Positions 10,415 through 19,621 of a stretch of 64,000 nt of DNA are shown in pieces (within the stretch, counting starts at the first letter, position 1; each line of letters begins with the position of its first letter). Under the pieces are notes generated by a model. The model was not told where the DNA came from. It was given only the letters and a program-made list of their open reading frames with translations, and did no database searches. Origin of the DNA: Myxococcales bacterium (lineage in GTDB: Bacteria > Myxococcota_A > Polyangia > Polyangiales > DASUME01). The translations under genes and the position numbers were made by a program. The DNA is taken from contig JASGJH010000001.1 in NCBI GenBank assembly GCA_047601445.1, positions 8,352,001 to 8,416,000 of the forward strand, in the 5' to 3' direction.

Positions 10415-12144
10415 ATGTCCAACGAAACGCGCGACCATCGAACCCATCAACCCGGTCAGCCCGCAACGCCCGAGAGAAGTCCTGGCGGGGTCGCCGGCCC
10501 TTCCGTGCCGCCTCGCCCTGCCGTCGGCTCCGAAGCAGCCGGGCCCACGATCCGAGATCATCGGGGCCAGCCCCCTTCTCATGCCGCGCCCCCGCCAGGC
10601 GCTCCGTGGGGAGGCGACGGTGCGGTGATTCGCGATCACCGCAGGAGCGGCATCAAGCACGTCTTCGTGTTGATGCTCGAGAATCGCTCGTTCGATCACA
10701 TGCTTGGCTTCTCGGGCATCAGCGGGACCGATGCGGCGACCCACCAACCCACCAGCATCGACGGCCTCACCGGGAATGAATCGAACACCTTTGACGGCGT
10801 GGAGTATCGCGTACAGCGAGGTGCACCCGACGTCATGAAGCACGGGCCGGGTCACAATTTCGGCGATGTGGTCGAGCAGCTGTGCGGCGAGGGCGCTGTG
10901 TATGCGCCTGGAGGTGCCTACCCAACCGTGAACAACGGGGGGTTCGTGGCGAACTACGCCAAGAAGGGGGACGCTTCGGCGCCGGGCGACATCATGCGGT
11001 GCTTTCCGCCGGAACAGTTGCCGGTGCTGACGGCGCTGGCGCGGGAGTTCGTGGTTTGCGATCGCTGGTTCAGCTCCATGCCCGGACCAACCGAGCCGAA
11101 TCGCTGGTTCGCGCACGCCGCCACCGCGGGGTACTTCGATGAATCCCCCGGCAACGACGAGATTGTCAAAGCGCTGGGAGCGCCCGGGGCGGGCTTTTCG
11201 TTTCCCACGCCCCACCTGTTTCAGCTGCTGAAGAAGAAGGGCGTCAAGTTCCGCATCTACGCCGACGACCACAAGCCCAACGTCGCCGAATTGAAGGACG
11301 TCAGCGTGGTTTGGGACATCGACGAAGTCGAGGACATGGCGGCAGACCTGAGGCGGCCGGGGTTCGACGCAGGCTACGTATGGATTGAGCCTTCCTACGA
11401 CGCGCTGTTCGACTTCGAGGACGGCAACTCGCAACATCCGCTGGGCAGCGTGGCTGCCGGTGAACGCCTCATCAAGAAGGTCTACGAGGCTTTGCGCGCC
11501 TCTCCGATTTGGGAGCAGAGCCTCCTGATCATCACGTGGGACGAGCACGGCGGATTCTACGACCACGTTCCCCCAGGCAAAGCTCGTCCCACGGGGTCGG
11601 TGGGACGCGAACACAAGTTCCCTTTGATCAGCTCGGTCCGCGGGTGCCCGCCCTGGTGATCTCACCACTCATTCCCAAGAACCTGATCGAGCATCGTCCA
11701 CTCGAGCACTCCTCCATTCCCGCGACGGTCACCCGCGTATTCGGCCTCGATTCGCTGGGTGCTCGCGACGGGTTCGTGACCGGAGTCAATCACCTCGCGA
11801 CGCTGGAGGTGGCGCGCAAGGACACTCCGCTCACACTGCCGACGCCCGTCACCAGCATGGCTCGCGTCGCCGCGCCCGCCGGCGAACGGACGGCTCGCCT
11901 GGCTGCGCCACTCGACAACGATTATCACGGAAGTCTTGCCGCCCTCGCGGCCAACCTCGCCATCCAGCATGCCGAGGTCGAGCCTGCCAAGAAGGATCAG
12001 ATCATGGCCCGCGTCCAGTCGCTGAAGACCCGCGCCGATCTGCTCGCCTACGCCGACGAGGTCGAGGCACTGGTCCGACAGGCCAAGCAAGCTCGCGCAG
12101 CGTCGCCGGCCGTTCGCATGCATCCCGCGCCAGTCGAGGAGTAG
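10415..12144 (+). CDS. Phosphoesterase / phospholipase C (PlcN/AcpA family), ~576 aa, with a -1 frameshift at ~11622
   Basis: IKHVFVLMLENRSFDH, GPTEPNR, SQHP and TWDEHGGFYDHV in frame 1. The family motif FDQLGPRVPALVISP follows in the other frame immediately after HKFP (CCC-TTT run). Confidence 0.85.
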
Positions 12145-12178
12145 ACACGCACTGCCGAGCGCGCGCCTCCGCAAGCCT

Positions 12179-13471
12179 TCAGGGACCTACGGGGATATCA
12201 CGGTCCGAGAGCGTCCCGAGAAAGGCCACGATGGCATCGATCTCGGTGTCGTCGAGCCGTGGTGCCTCCCCGCGTGGCTGGTTGTAGGGGGGCAAGCTGA
12301 GGTTGATGTTGTCGTGGTACTTGGCGGGTAAGTCGTCGAACTCGCGCTGGCCGTACCAGCGCTCGGGTTCGCTCGCTCGCGTGGCGTAGAAACTGACTAC
12401 CTCGCGCAAGCTGGAGAACACGCCGTTGTGCATGAAGTGTTTGCGCTTGGCCACGTTGCGCAGGGAGGGCGTGCGGAAGGCGCCACAGTACCAGGGATCC
12501 TCGGTGTGCATGCGCGGGTCACGGCGCTCGCACACGCCGAGGTCGAAGCGCTGCGCGGACCGGTTCTCGGGCAGCTTGCGGTTGCGCGGCACCGACACCA
12601 CGTCGTAGCCGTAGTCCGTGAACATCGAGCTCTCGGGCAGACCCGTGTGGTGATCCAGTCGATGACAGACGCTACACGCGCCCTTGTCCTGGTCCTCGAA
12701 GAGTGCCAGGCCGCGGGCCTCCAGCGCGCTCAGTCGATACGCGCCGCGCACGAAGTCGTCGTACTTGGAGGAGAATGGAGACATGCTGCGGCTGGTCAAA
12801 AAGGCTTCGACGCAGAAGCTCAGCGCCGCCACGGTCTGCTCGTCGGAGGCCAAGAAGTCGTCGAACTCCTGTGCGAGCTGATCGGCGACGGGCCCGCGCC
12901 GAACCTTCTGCGCGATTTGGTGCAGGCTACGGTTTCCCATCTCGTTCGGATTCAAGAGCGGCTGACGGACCAGGTCGTGAATGGAGTCGGCGCGCCCGTC
13001 CCAGAAGAAGCCGCCGAAGGCTTCGGGGCGGTCGTTCTCATCTTCCCACACCAGATGAAAGCGACGTACGAAGCGCAGGTACATCACGGACTGGGTGTTG
13101 CGACGCGCGCGGCGTCCCAGGCGGCTGCCCTGCGCGGTGCCAAGCGTCGAACCGTTGTTGCCTGCGTAGGCTTGAGCCGGGTCGTGGCAGCTCGCGCAGC
13201 TCGTTCCCGCAGGCTCCGACAAGCTCGCATCGAAGAAGAGCTTGCGCCCGAGTGTCACGCGTAGATCCTCCGGCTGCGCCGCGGCGCTCGCAGAGGCGAG
13301 CGCGGGCGTCGTCGACTGCGCAGCGGCCCTGCGAGCGGTCGTTATCGAATCGTTATTCGTGACGCGTGCCGCATCGTGAGTGCACTCGAGTAGCAGTGGC
13401 ACCAGCATCGCCACAATGAACGCGAATGAGCCGAGTTTGAGGAGCCTGAGGCGCATTGGAGATGGGTTCAT
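12179..13471 (-). CDS. Di-heme cytochrome c peroxidase / MauG-family protein
   Basis: Two CxxCH motifs (CASCH, CSVCH); LGRKLFFD, FFWDGRA, PLLNPNEM, FRTPSLRNVA and FMHNG; N-terminal export signal. Confidence 0.9.
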   Translation of the reverse strand: MNPSPMRLRLLKLGSFAFIVAMLVPLLLECTHDAARVTNNDSITTARRAAAQSTTPALASASAAAQPEDLRVTLGRKLFFDASLSEPAGTSCASCHDPAQAYAGNNGSTLGTAQGSRLGRRARRNTQSVMYLRFVRRFHLVWEDENDRPEAFGGFFWDGRADSIHDLVRQPLLNPNEMGNRSLHQIAQKVRRGPVADQLAQEFDDFLASDEQTVAALSFCVEAFLTSRSMSPFSSKYDDFVRGAYRLSALEARGLALFEDQDKGACSVCHRLDHHTGLPESSMFTDYGYDVVSVPRNRKLPENRSAQRFDLGVCERRDPRMHTEDPWYCGAFRTPSLRNVAKRKHFMHNGVFSSLREVVSFYATRASEPERWYGQREFDDLPAKYHDNINLSLPPYNQPRGEAPRLDDTEIDAIVAFLGTLSDRDIPVGP

Positions 13472-13680
13472 GGGCGGTTCGATCGACCAAGCGTCATCAC
13501 AGGGGCGCAAGGCTTGCGCCTCTTCGTGGCAGCCTCATGACGGCGTTGCAAAAGTTAGCCTCGCGCGATCGTGGTCGCCGAACTGTCGAACGATCGCCGC
13601 GGATCCTTCACCTGATCTCGGAAGACTCCGCGCGGGGAAGCAGCGGGCGAGGTGCCCGTCTCTTTTCCGTGGAGGTCAGC

Positions 13681-14685
13681 ATGAGCATTGGCTTGAGAGC
13701 GCGTTTTGGAGCGGTCACCGTGGCATGTGCACTCGGTGCCCTGCCGAGTTGCGCAGACATCGAAGAGGGCGAGTACGACGACGAGGTCGAAGGACAGGAG
13801 CAGGCACTCACCGGCTCGGCGATTCAGCACGTATTCGTGATCGCCATGGAGAACCACGACTCCACGCAGGTCTACGGGAACACATCGAGCGCGCCCTATA
13901 TCAACAACACGCTCATGCCCAACTACGCTCGGGCCACCAATTTCAACGACGAACTCGCGCTGTCGATTCCGAGCGAGCCGCACTACCTGTGGATGGAAGC
14001 CGGCACCAACGCCTTCTCCGATCACACCTTCACCGGCGACGGGGACCCCAGCAGCAGCAACAGCACGAGCAACACGAGCCACCTGGTCACCCAGATCAAG
14101 AACGCCACCAACGGCGTGACCTGGCGGACCTACCAGGAGGGCCTCAACTCCTCCACGGGCAGCTGCCCCATTCACTCGAGCGGCTTCTACCAGGCCAAGC
14201 ACAACCCGTTCGTGTTCTTCCAGGACGTCGCGGGTAGCCCGCCATCGGCTAGCAACGCGTACTGCATCGCGCACCACAAGCCTTACAGCTCACTCGCGGC
14301 GGACCTCGCCGCCAACGACGTTGCGAGCTTCACGTTCATCACGCCCAACCAGTGCCACGACATGCACGGTCAGTCCGGCTGCCCGGACTCCAACCTGGTC
14401 CACGCCGGCGACACGTGGCTGAGCCAGGAGCTGCCGCGCCTGATCTCCTACGCGAACAGCCACGCCGGCGTCATCTTCATCACCTGGGACGAGGGCAGCA
14501 GCACCCTGAAGATGCCGTTTCTGGCCATCGGCCCCGGCGTGAAAACGAACTACGCCGGCTCCGTGAGCTACAACCACAGCTCGGTGCTCAAGTCCATCGA
14601 GCACATCCTGCAGCTCTCGACGCTCTCCAAGGTGTCGAGCGCCAACGAGCTCACGGACCTGTTCAAGGCAGGCCAGTACCCGTAG
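13681..14685 (+). CDS. Acid phosphatase / phosphoesterase lipoprotein (SapM-like)
   Basis: GGAGG RBS; lipobox LPSC; HVFVIAMENH, PSEPHY, KHNPF, DMH, ITWDE and YNHSS. Confidence 0.85.
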   Translation: MSIGLRARFGAVTVACALGALPSCADIEEGEYDDEVEGQEQALTGSAIQHVFVIAMENHDSTQVYGNTSSAPYINNTLMPNYARATNFNDELALSIPSEPHYLWMEAGTNAFSDHTFTGDGDPSSSNSTSNTSHLVTQIKNATNGVTWRTYQEGLNSSTGSCPIHSSGFYQAKHNPFVFFQDVAGSPPSASNAYCIAHHKPYSSLAADLAANDVASFTFITPNQCHDMHGQSGCPDSNLVHAGDTWLSQELPRLISYANSHAGVIFITWDEGSSTLKMPFLAIGPGVKTNYAGSVSYNHSSVLKSIEHILQLSTLSKVSSANELTDLFKAGQYP

Positions 14686-14694
14686 TCAAGGTCG

Positions 14695-14740
14695 CCCCGG
14701 GGCACGCGCGAGCCTGGAACAGGTCGCGCGCGCCCCGGGG
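14695..14740 (+). terminator. Long GC-rich hairpin after the phosphatase stop codon
   Basis: CCCCGGGGC-A-CGCGCGA...TCGCGCG-C-GCCCCGGGG near-perfect inverted repeat; no clear U-tract. Confidence 0.55.
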
Positions 14741-14809
14741 TTGAGCGCTTCTTTCCCAGCGCGCTTGCGAGCGCTGGCCGCGCAGCCTCAGACGGCCCAT
14801 TCTAAGCGG

Positions 14810-15607
14810 GTGTTGCTTCGCGTCGCCCACCAGAGCCTCTATCGCTATGACGTGCCGATACGGCTCGCGGATCACGTCCTGCGGCTCACACCTCGTTCGG
14901 GCAGCCACCATCTGGTCTCACACGTCATCGACGTGGAGCCCATGCCGATCGCGAGGAGCGAGGAGACCGATGCCGAGGGCAATCGGCTGACACGGCTTCA
15001 GTTCCTGGGCGAAACGAACCATCTGCGGGTGGACAGTCGATTCGAGCTCGAGACCTTCGCGCCACCGCCCTTCGGGCCCGTGGGGCGTCCCCTCGCCGCG
15101 GCGCCTGGGCCCTGGCTCCACCCCGAGGTGCGTGCCTTCGCGGAGCGTGCCGCAGCCGAAGTGGCACACGAGCCGGTCGCCTTTCTCGACCAGCTTTGCA
15201 GCACGCTGTTCAGCGGCATGCATCGCCACGTCCGGTCCGAAGGCGCTGCGCGCGCCGCTCACGAAACCCTCGCTGCTGGGGGTGGAGCGTGCCGCGATCT
15301 AACGGTGCTCTTCCTGGAAAGCTGTCGGGTATTCGGCCTCGAAGGCCGTTTCGTGAGCGGCTATCAGGCGCAGGCGGACACACCCGACGGGCAGCGCCAC
15401 CTGCACGCCTGGGCCGAGGTTTTCGTGGAAGGAGCGGGATTTCGGGGGTGGGACCCGATGCACGGCGTGCGCGTGACGGACGGCCATGTCGCGCTGTGCG
15501 CGGCGCGCACCCAGGCGGAGACGATGCCGATCGAAGGTGGCTTCTTCTTCGACGGTCCGCGCGTGAACTCGACGTTAGACCACTCGGTGCGCATCTCGAG
15601 CGATTGA
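14810..15607 (+). CDS. Transglutaminase-like protein with bacterial N-terminal domain
   Basis: LRLTPR N-domain; catalytic GACRD, HAWAEV and WDP; FVSGY. GTG at 14810 preferred over TTG at 14741. Confidence 0.9.
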   Translation: MLLRVAHQSLYRYDVPIRLADHVLRLTPRSGSHHLVSHVIDVEPMPIARSEETDAEGNRLTRLQFLGETNHLRVDSRFELETFAPPPFGPVGRPLAAAPGPWLHPEVRAFAERAAAEVAHEPVAFLDQLCSTLFSGMHRHVRSEGAARAAHETLAAGGGACRDLTVLFLESCRVFGLEGRFVSGYQAQADTPDGQRHLHAWAEVFVEGAGFRGWDPMHGVRVTDGHVALCAARTQAETMPIEGGFFFDGPRVNSTLDHSVRISSD

Positions 15608-15680
15608 CTGCGCTTGCTGGCGGGCCCAGGCCCGCGTCAGAACCGAGCTCTCGGCCTGTTGCAACAAGGAGAATAGCCAG

Positions 15681-16166
15681 ATGCCCGACCTGAAGATGCG
15701 CACCTGTTTGTGGTTCGATCATGGCAAGGCGCGTGAAGCGGCCGAGTTCTACACCAGCCTGTTTCCCAACAGCCGCATCGAAGCCCGGCACGATGCCCCG
15801 AGCAACTATCCCGACGGCAAGGCAGGCAACGAACTCACGGTGGAGTTCACTGTGCTCGGCCAGCCTTTCCTGGGCCTCAACGGCGGCCCGAACTTCAAGC
15901 CGAACGAGTCGGTCAGCTTTCAGGTCTATACCGAGGATCAGGCCGAGACCGACCGCTACTGGAACGCGATTATCGGCAACGGTGGCGCCGCGAGCGAGTG
16001 CGGATGGTGTCGGGACCGCTGGGGCTTCTCCTGGCAGATCACCCCGCGTGCGCTGATGGAGGGCATGGCCGATCCGGACCGCGCCACCGCCAAGCGCGTC
16101 ATGGACGCGATGATGACCATGCAGAAGATCGACATCGCCAAGATCGAGGCCGCCCGCTCCGGGTAG
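15681..16166 (+). CDS. VOC / 3-demethylubiquinone-9 3-methyltransferase-like (PhnB-like) protein
   Basis: AAGGAG RBS; CLWFD, LNGGP, CGWCRDRWGFSWQI and MQKIDIA. Confidence 0.9.
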   Translation: MPDLKMRTCLWFDHGKAREAAEFYTSLFPNSRIEARHDAPSNYPDGKAGNELTVEFTVLGQPFLGLNGGPNFKPNESVSFQVYTEDQAETDRYWNAIIGNGGAASECGWCRDRWGFSWQITPRALMEGMADPDRATAKRVMDAMMTMQKIDIAKIEAARSG

Positions 16167-16283
16167 GGACGGGCCTCGCTGGAGGGCCGCGGAACGCAGG
16201 CCGCGGGTAGCCAGGGACTCGCCGATCGAGAATCGCAACGCTCCCGCAATCTGCCGTTCTTTCTGGCCGCGCACAGTGAAGCC

Positions 16284-17570
16284 ATGTTGCAACGAGAGCA
16301 GCCCCACGTCGTGATCCTAGGCGCCGGCTTTGCCGGACTATCGGCGGCCAAGACGCTCAAAGACGCCAAAGTTCGCATTACGCTGATCGACCGTAGCAAC
16401 CATCATCTGTTCCAGCCGCTCTTGTACCAGGTGGCCACGGCCGCCCTGGCCGCCCCCGACATCTCCGCGCCCATACGCAAACTTCTGTGGAAGCAACGCA
16501 ATGTCACGGTTTGGATGTCTCCTATCAAGCACATCGATCTCGAGAAGAAGCGCATCGTGATCGAGGACGGGGAAACGACCTACGACTATCTGATCGTCGC
16601 CACCGGCATGACGCACGCGTACTTCGGTTTCGACGCCTGGGCTGCCCATGCACCGGGCCTCAAGACGATGGGCGAAGCGCTCGACGTGCGGCGCCGCATT
16701 TTGCGCGCGTTCGAGGCGGCCGAGATCGCGCCTGACGTCGCGACGCGACGCGCCTGGACCACGTTCGTGGTGATCGGTGGCGGTCCGACCGGGGTCGAGC
16801 TGGCAGGTGCGCTGGCCGAGATTGCGGGCCGCACGCTGGCGCGAGATTTTCGACACTTCGATCCGCGAACGACCCGTGTGCTTTTGGTCGAGGCAGGGCC
16901 GCGCATTCTCACACCCTTCACGGAGGCGCTCTCCCAATCGGCGCGCGAGCAGCTGGAATCGCTGGGCGTCGAGGTTCGCACTGGAACCCCAGTCTCCGAT
17001 CTGGGCGAGGGCTTCGTGGAGATCGGCTCCGAGCACATCTCCACGCACACCATCTTGTGGGCGGCGGGCGTCCGCGCGAGCCCCTTGACGGCCCAGCTGG
17101 GTGTGCCGATCGACAAGGCTGGTCGCGTTTGGGTCGAAGACGACCTTTCGGTTCCCGACCGTCGGGAGGTGTTCGTTGTCGGCGACCTGATCGCGAAGAC
17201 GCAGGAGGGAAAGCCGCTGCCCGGCGTGGCCCCGCTTGCAGTGCAGAGCGGCCGGCACGCAGCCGAGAACATCGCAGCAGACCTCGCCAACAAGCCTCGT
17301 CGGACGTTCCACTACAGAGACAAGGGATCGATGGCGACCATCGGGCGCAACAAGGCCGTGGCGCAGATAGGGCGCTTCCACTTCACGGGTGTGCTCGCCT
17401 GGTGGCTCTGGCTCCTGGTGCACGTCATGTCGCTGGTGGAGTTCCGCAGTCGGCTCGCGGTGCTCGTCGAGTGGGCTTGGGCGTACTTCACTTGGCAGCG
17501 CAGGTCGCGCGTGATCCTGGAGGTGCCCCGCGAATTCGCGCGCCCGAAGCATGCGGCCCGCACCGTGTGA
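16284..17570 (+). CDS. ndh: Type II NADH dehydrogenase (NDH-2 family)
   Basis: GAGFAG, HLFQPLLYQVAT, GGGPTGVELAG, WAAGV and YRDKGSMATIGR. Confidence 0.9.
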   Translation: MLQREQPHVVILGAGFAGLSAAKTLKDAKVRITLIDRSNHHLFQPLLYQVATAALAAPDISAPIRKLLWKQRNVTVWMSPIKHIDLEKKRIVIEDGETTYDYLIVATGMTHAYFGFDAWAAHAPGLKTMGEALDVRRRILRAFEAAEIAPDVATRRAWTTFVVIGGGPTGVELAGALAEIAGRTLARDFRHFDPRTTRVLLVEAGPRILTPFTEALSQSAREQLESLGVEVRTGTPVSDLGEGFVEIGSEHISTHTILWAAGVRASPLTAQLGVPIDKAGRVWVEDDLSVPDRREVFVVGDLIAKTQEGKPLPGVAPLAVQSGRHAAENIAADLANKPRRTFHYRDKGSMATIGRNKAVAQIGRFHFTGVLAWWLWLLVHVMSLVEFRSRLAVLVEWAWAYFTWQRRSRVILEVPREFARPKHAARTV

Positions 17571-17617
17571 CACGCTGCTCGTGCGGAGCCGATGACGAGA
17601 TCACAGCGAGGATTTGG

Positions 17618-18328
17618 TCAGCGCGCGCGGCTGTTGCCCGAACAGGTGTAGAACAGCGCCATCAAGGCTAGAGGCAGCAGGAATTTGTTGGCCAGTGGCG
17701 TGACCCAGCTCTCGTAGAGCCATGCCACCCACGCGGCCTGGCTGGCGGGATAGACGAGGTCGGGCACCCGGGAGAAGACCCAGGCCGCCGTGATCCACAC
17801 ACAAACCAGGGCGGACATTGCGAGCACGGGGAGCCCGAGTGCGAGCGCACGCCACCTGCGTCGCGGCTCGAACGGAACCGCCATCACAAGTGCCACGAGG
17901 ACCGTTACGGGCAGGTAGAGGAGTCGCCGCGGATTCACGCGCACGGAGTGCGCTTGCGCGATGCCCTCCACGCGCAGTGTCAGCACCGTGTCCCACGAAG
18001 AGATCTCCTGGGAAGTCGCACGCGCGGGCTGCACGTCGATATGGCCACCGCTGCCCAACGTGAGCTCACCGAGCGTGACGTTGGCGAGGTGCGAGAAAGC
18101 CTGGGTCAACGGCGGACGCAGCGGTTGCCAGATCCAGAGCCCCAGCAGCAACACAACCGTGAAGCGAAGCAAGGGGCCTCGCAGGCTCTTGCGTGCATCG
18201 TCGCGTCCACCCACCGGGGCGACGGCTGGCTGCAATGCGGCGACCGCCGGTCCGTCGCATACGGGCTCTACGCGACGCGGCTCCGGGCGAGCCTTGACCT
18301 TGTTGCGCGTCTTGCGTCTAGCGGACAC
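17618..18328 (-). CDS. Exosortase H-associated membrane protein (putative)
   Basis: GTG start overlaps the exosortase stop. TM, periplasmic loop, VNPRRLLYLPVTVLVALVMAVP, then further TMs; exosortase-like topology but no catalytic Cys at the equivalent site. Confidence 0.6.
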   Translation of the reverse strand: MSARRKTRNKVKARPEPRRVEPVCDGPAVAALQPAVAPVGGRDDARKSLRGPLLRFTVVLLLGLWIWQPLRPPLTQAFSHLANVTLGELTLGSGGHIDVQPARATSQEISSWDTVLTLRVEGIAQAHSVRVNPRRLLYLPVTVLVALVMAVPFEPRRRWRALALGLPVLAMSALVCVWITAAWVFSRVPDLVYPASQAAWVAWLYESWVTPLANKFLLPLALMALFYTCSGNSRAR

Positions 18329-18848
18329 GGGCCGACCCACGCAACCACAACATGAATAACCCGCAGGTGCAGGCCACGAGTAGCAGAGGCATCCACTCCT
18401 CGTGAACTTCGTCGAAGCGGGCAGGGGAATGCGCACCGACCAGGTACAGGAGTGCCACGCGCGTCAGGTTGAGGAGGTTGAGCGCGGCGAGCCCCAGTGC
18501 GAGCCCCAGCGCTTTGAAGCGTGCTCGTGCGGGAAAAGTCAGGACCGCGCCTGCATAGAGAGCCTGCAGATCGAGCGCCGAGCAGGTCTTGACGATGAGG
18601 AGCGAGTAGGCCCCGTCGATGGAGGTGCCCTCCACGCGGACGCTGGGGTCGAAGATGCCGATCAACCATCCCGAGAGCCTGGCCTGTAGCGTGAGGTACT
18701 CCTGGAGGCTCCGCCCCACCGAGCCACTTGGGTCGTACGGGAAGTAGTAGAGGACCATGAGGCCCGTCATGCACGCTGCGGCGCGCAGAGCGTAGCCGAG
18801 GCCAGTCGGTACGCGCGGCCCAGACTGTGTGCTCGAGGCCGCGTCCAT
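18318..18848 (-). CDS. xrtH: Exosortase (XrtH-like, exosortase/archaeosortase family)
   Basis: 176-aa multi-TM protein with the Cys-Arg-His triad in IVKTCSA, LNLTRV and FDEVHEEW. Confidence 0.8.
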   Translation of the reverse strand: MDAASSTQSGPRVPTGLGYALRAAACMTGLMVLYYFPYDPSGSVGRSLQEYLTLQARLSGWLIGIFDPSVRVEGTSIDGAYSLLIVKTCSALDLQALYAGAVLTFPARARFKALGLALGLAALNLLNLTRVALLYLVGAHSPARFDEVHEEWMPLLLVACTCGLFMLWLRGSARVR

Positions 18849-18963
18849 GGCCGAAAAAGCTAGCCGCAGCCCGTGGCGCGCTGCGTGACATTGCGGTCAC
18901 AACTGTGCGGAGTTCGCTTGCAAAAGACATGCGACGGCGGGTCCGAATGGCTACTCTCACCCG

Positions 18964-19371
18964 ATGGCAGCACGCAAAGAGTCGACCCATCCCGTCAAAG
19001 CGCTGTCGTCCGCCGATGCGGCGCTCGTCGAGCGCCTGCGCAAGCTGTGTCTGACGTTTCCGGAGGCCAACGAGCGGGTATCGCATGGCGAGCCCACCTG
19101 GTTCGCAGGCAAGGGCAAAGTCTTTGCCATGCTCGACAATCACCACCATGGCTCGCCCCATCTCTCCGTGTGGCTTCCGCAGCCGCCGGGCGTGCAGGAG
19201 AGCTTGATGGAGGCGGACGCCAAGCGCTTCTTCCGACCCCCCTATGTGGGGCCGAGCGGCTGGGTCGGCGTGGTGCTCGATACCAAGCCTGACTGGAAGC
19301 TGGTTGTACAACTGCTTCGCGACTCGTTCGTGCACGTCGCGACGAAGAAGCTGATCGCGCAACTCCCGTAG
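18964..19371 (+). CDS. MmcQ/YjbR family protein
   Basis: CLTFPEA, SHGEPTW, KVFAM and FFRPPYVGPSGWVGV. Confidence 0.85.
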   Translation: MAARKESTHPVKALSSADAALVERLRKLCLTFPEANERVSHGEPTWFAGKGKVFAMLDNHHHGSPHLSVWLPQPPGVQESLMEADAKRFFRPPYVGPSGWVGVVLDTKPDWKLVVQLLRDSFVHVATKKLIAQLP

Positions 19372-19378
19372 CTTGGGC

Positions 19379-19392
19379 GTGGCGAAAGCCAC
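19379..19392 (+). terminator. Small GNRA-capped hairpin (GTGGC-GAAA-GCCAC)
   Basis: Perfect 5-bp stem just after the stop at 19371. Confidence 0.3.
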
Positions 19393-19621
19393 CCGGCTGA
19401 CCTGCCTGACCGAGGTCGACGTTTGCCGCCGCGAACTCGAAAAGGTGTCAGGAAATCGTTTCGCCACGAGCCTCCGGAATTCGTGGCTCCGGTCGCGCCG
19501 TAGCGTAACTGTCACGTCGACGTAACCGCGTCATTCTTCCTATCTGGTAACCGGGACTCGGCTATCGCCCGCCGATTCTTGAGTCGGTGCCGCGGCGTTC
19601 TAGCAGCGAGGAATCGAGACC

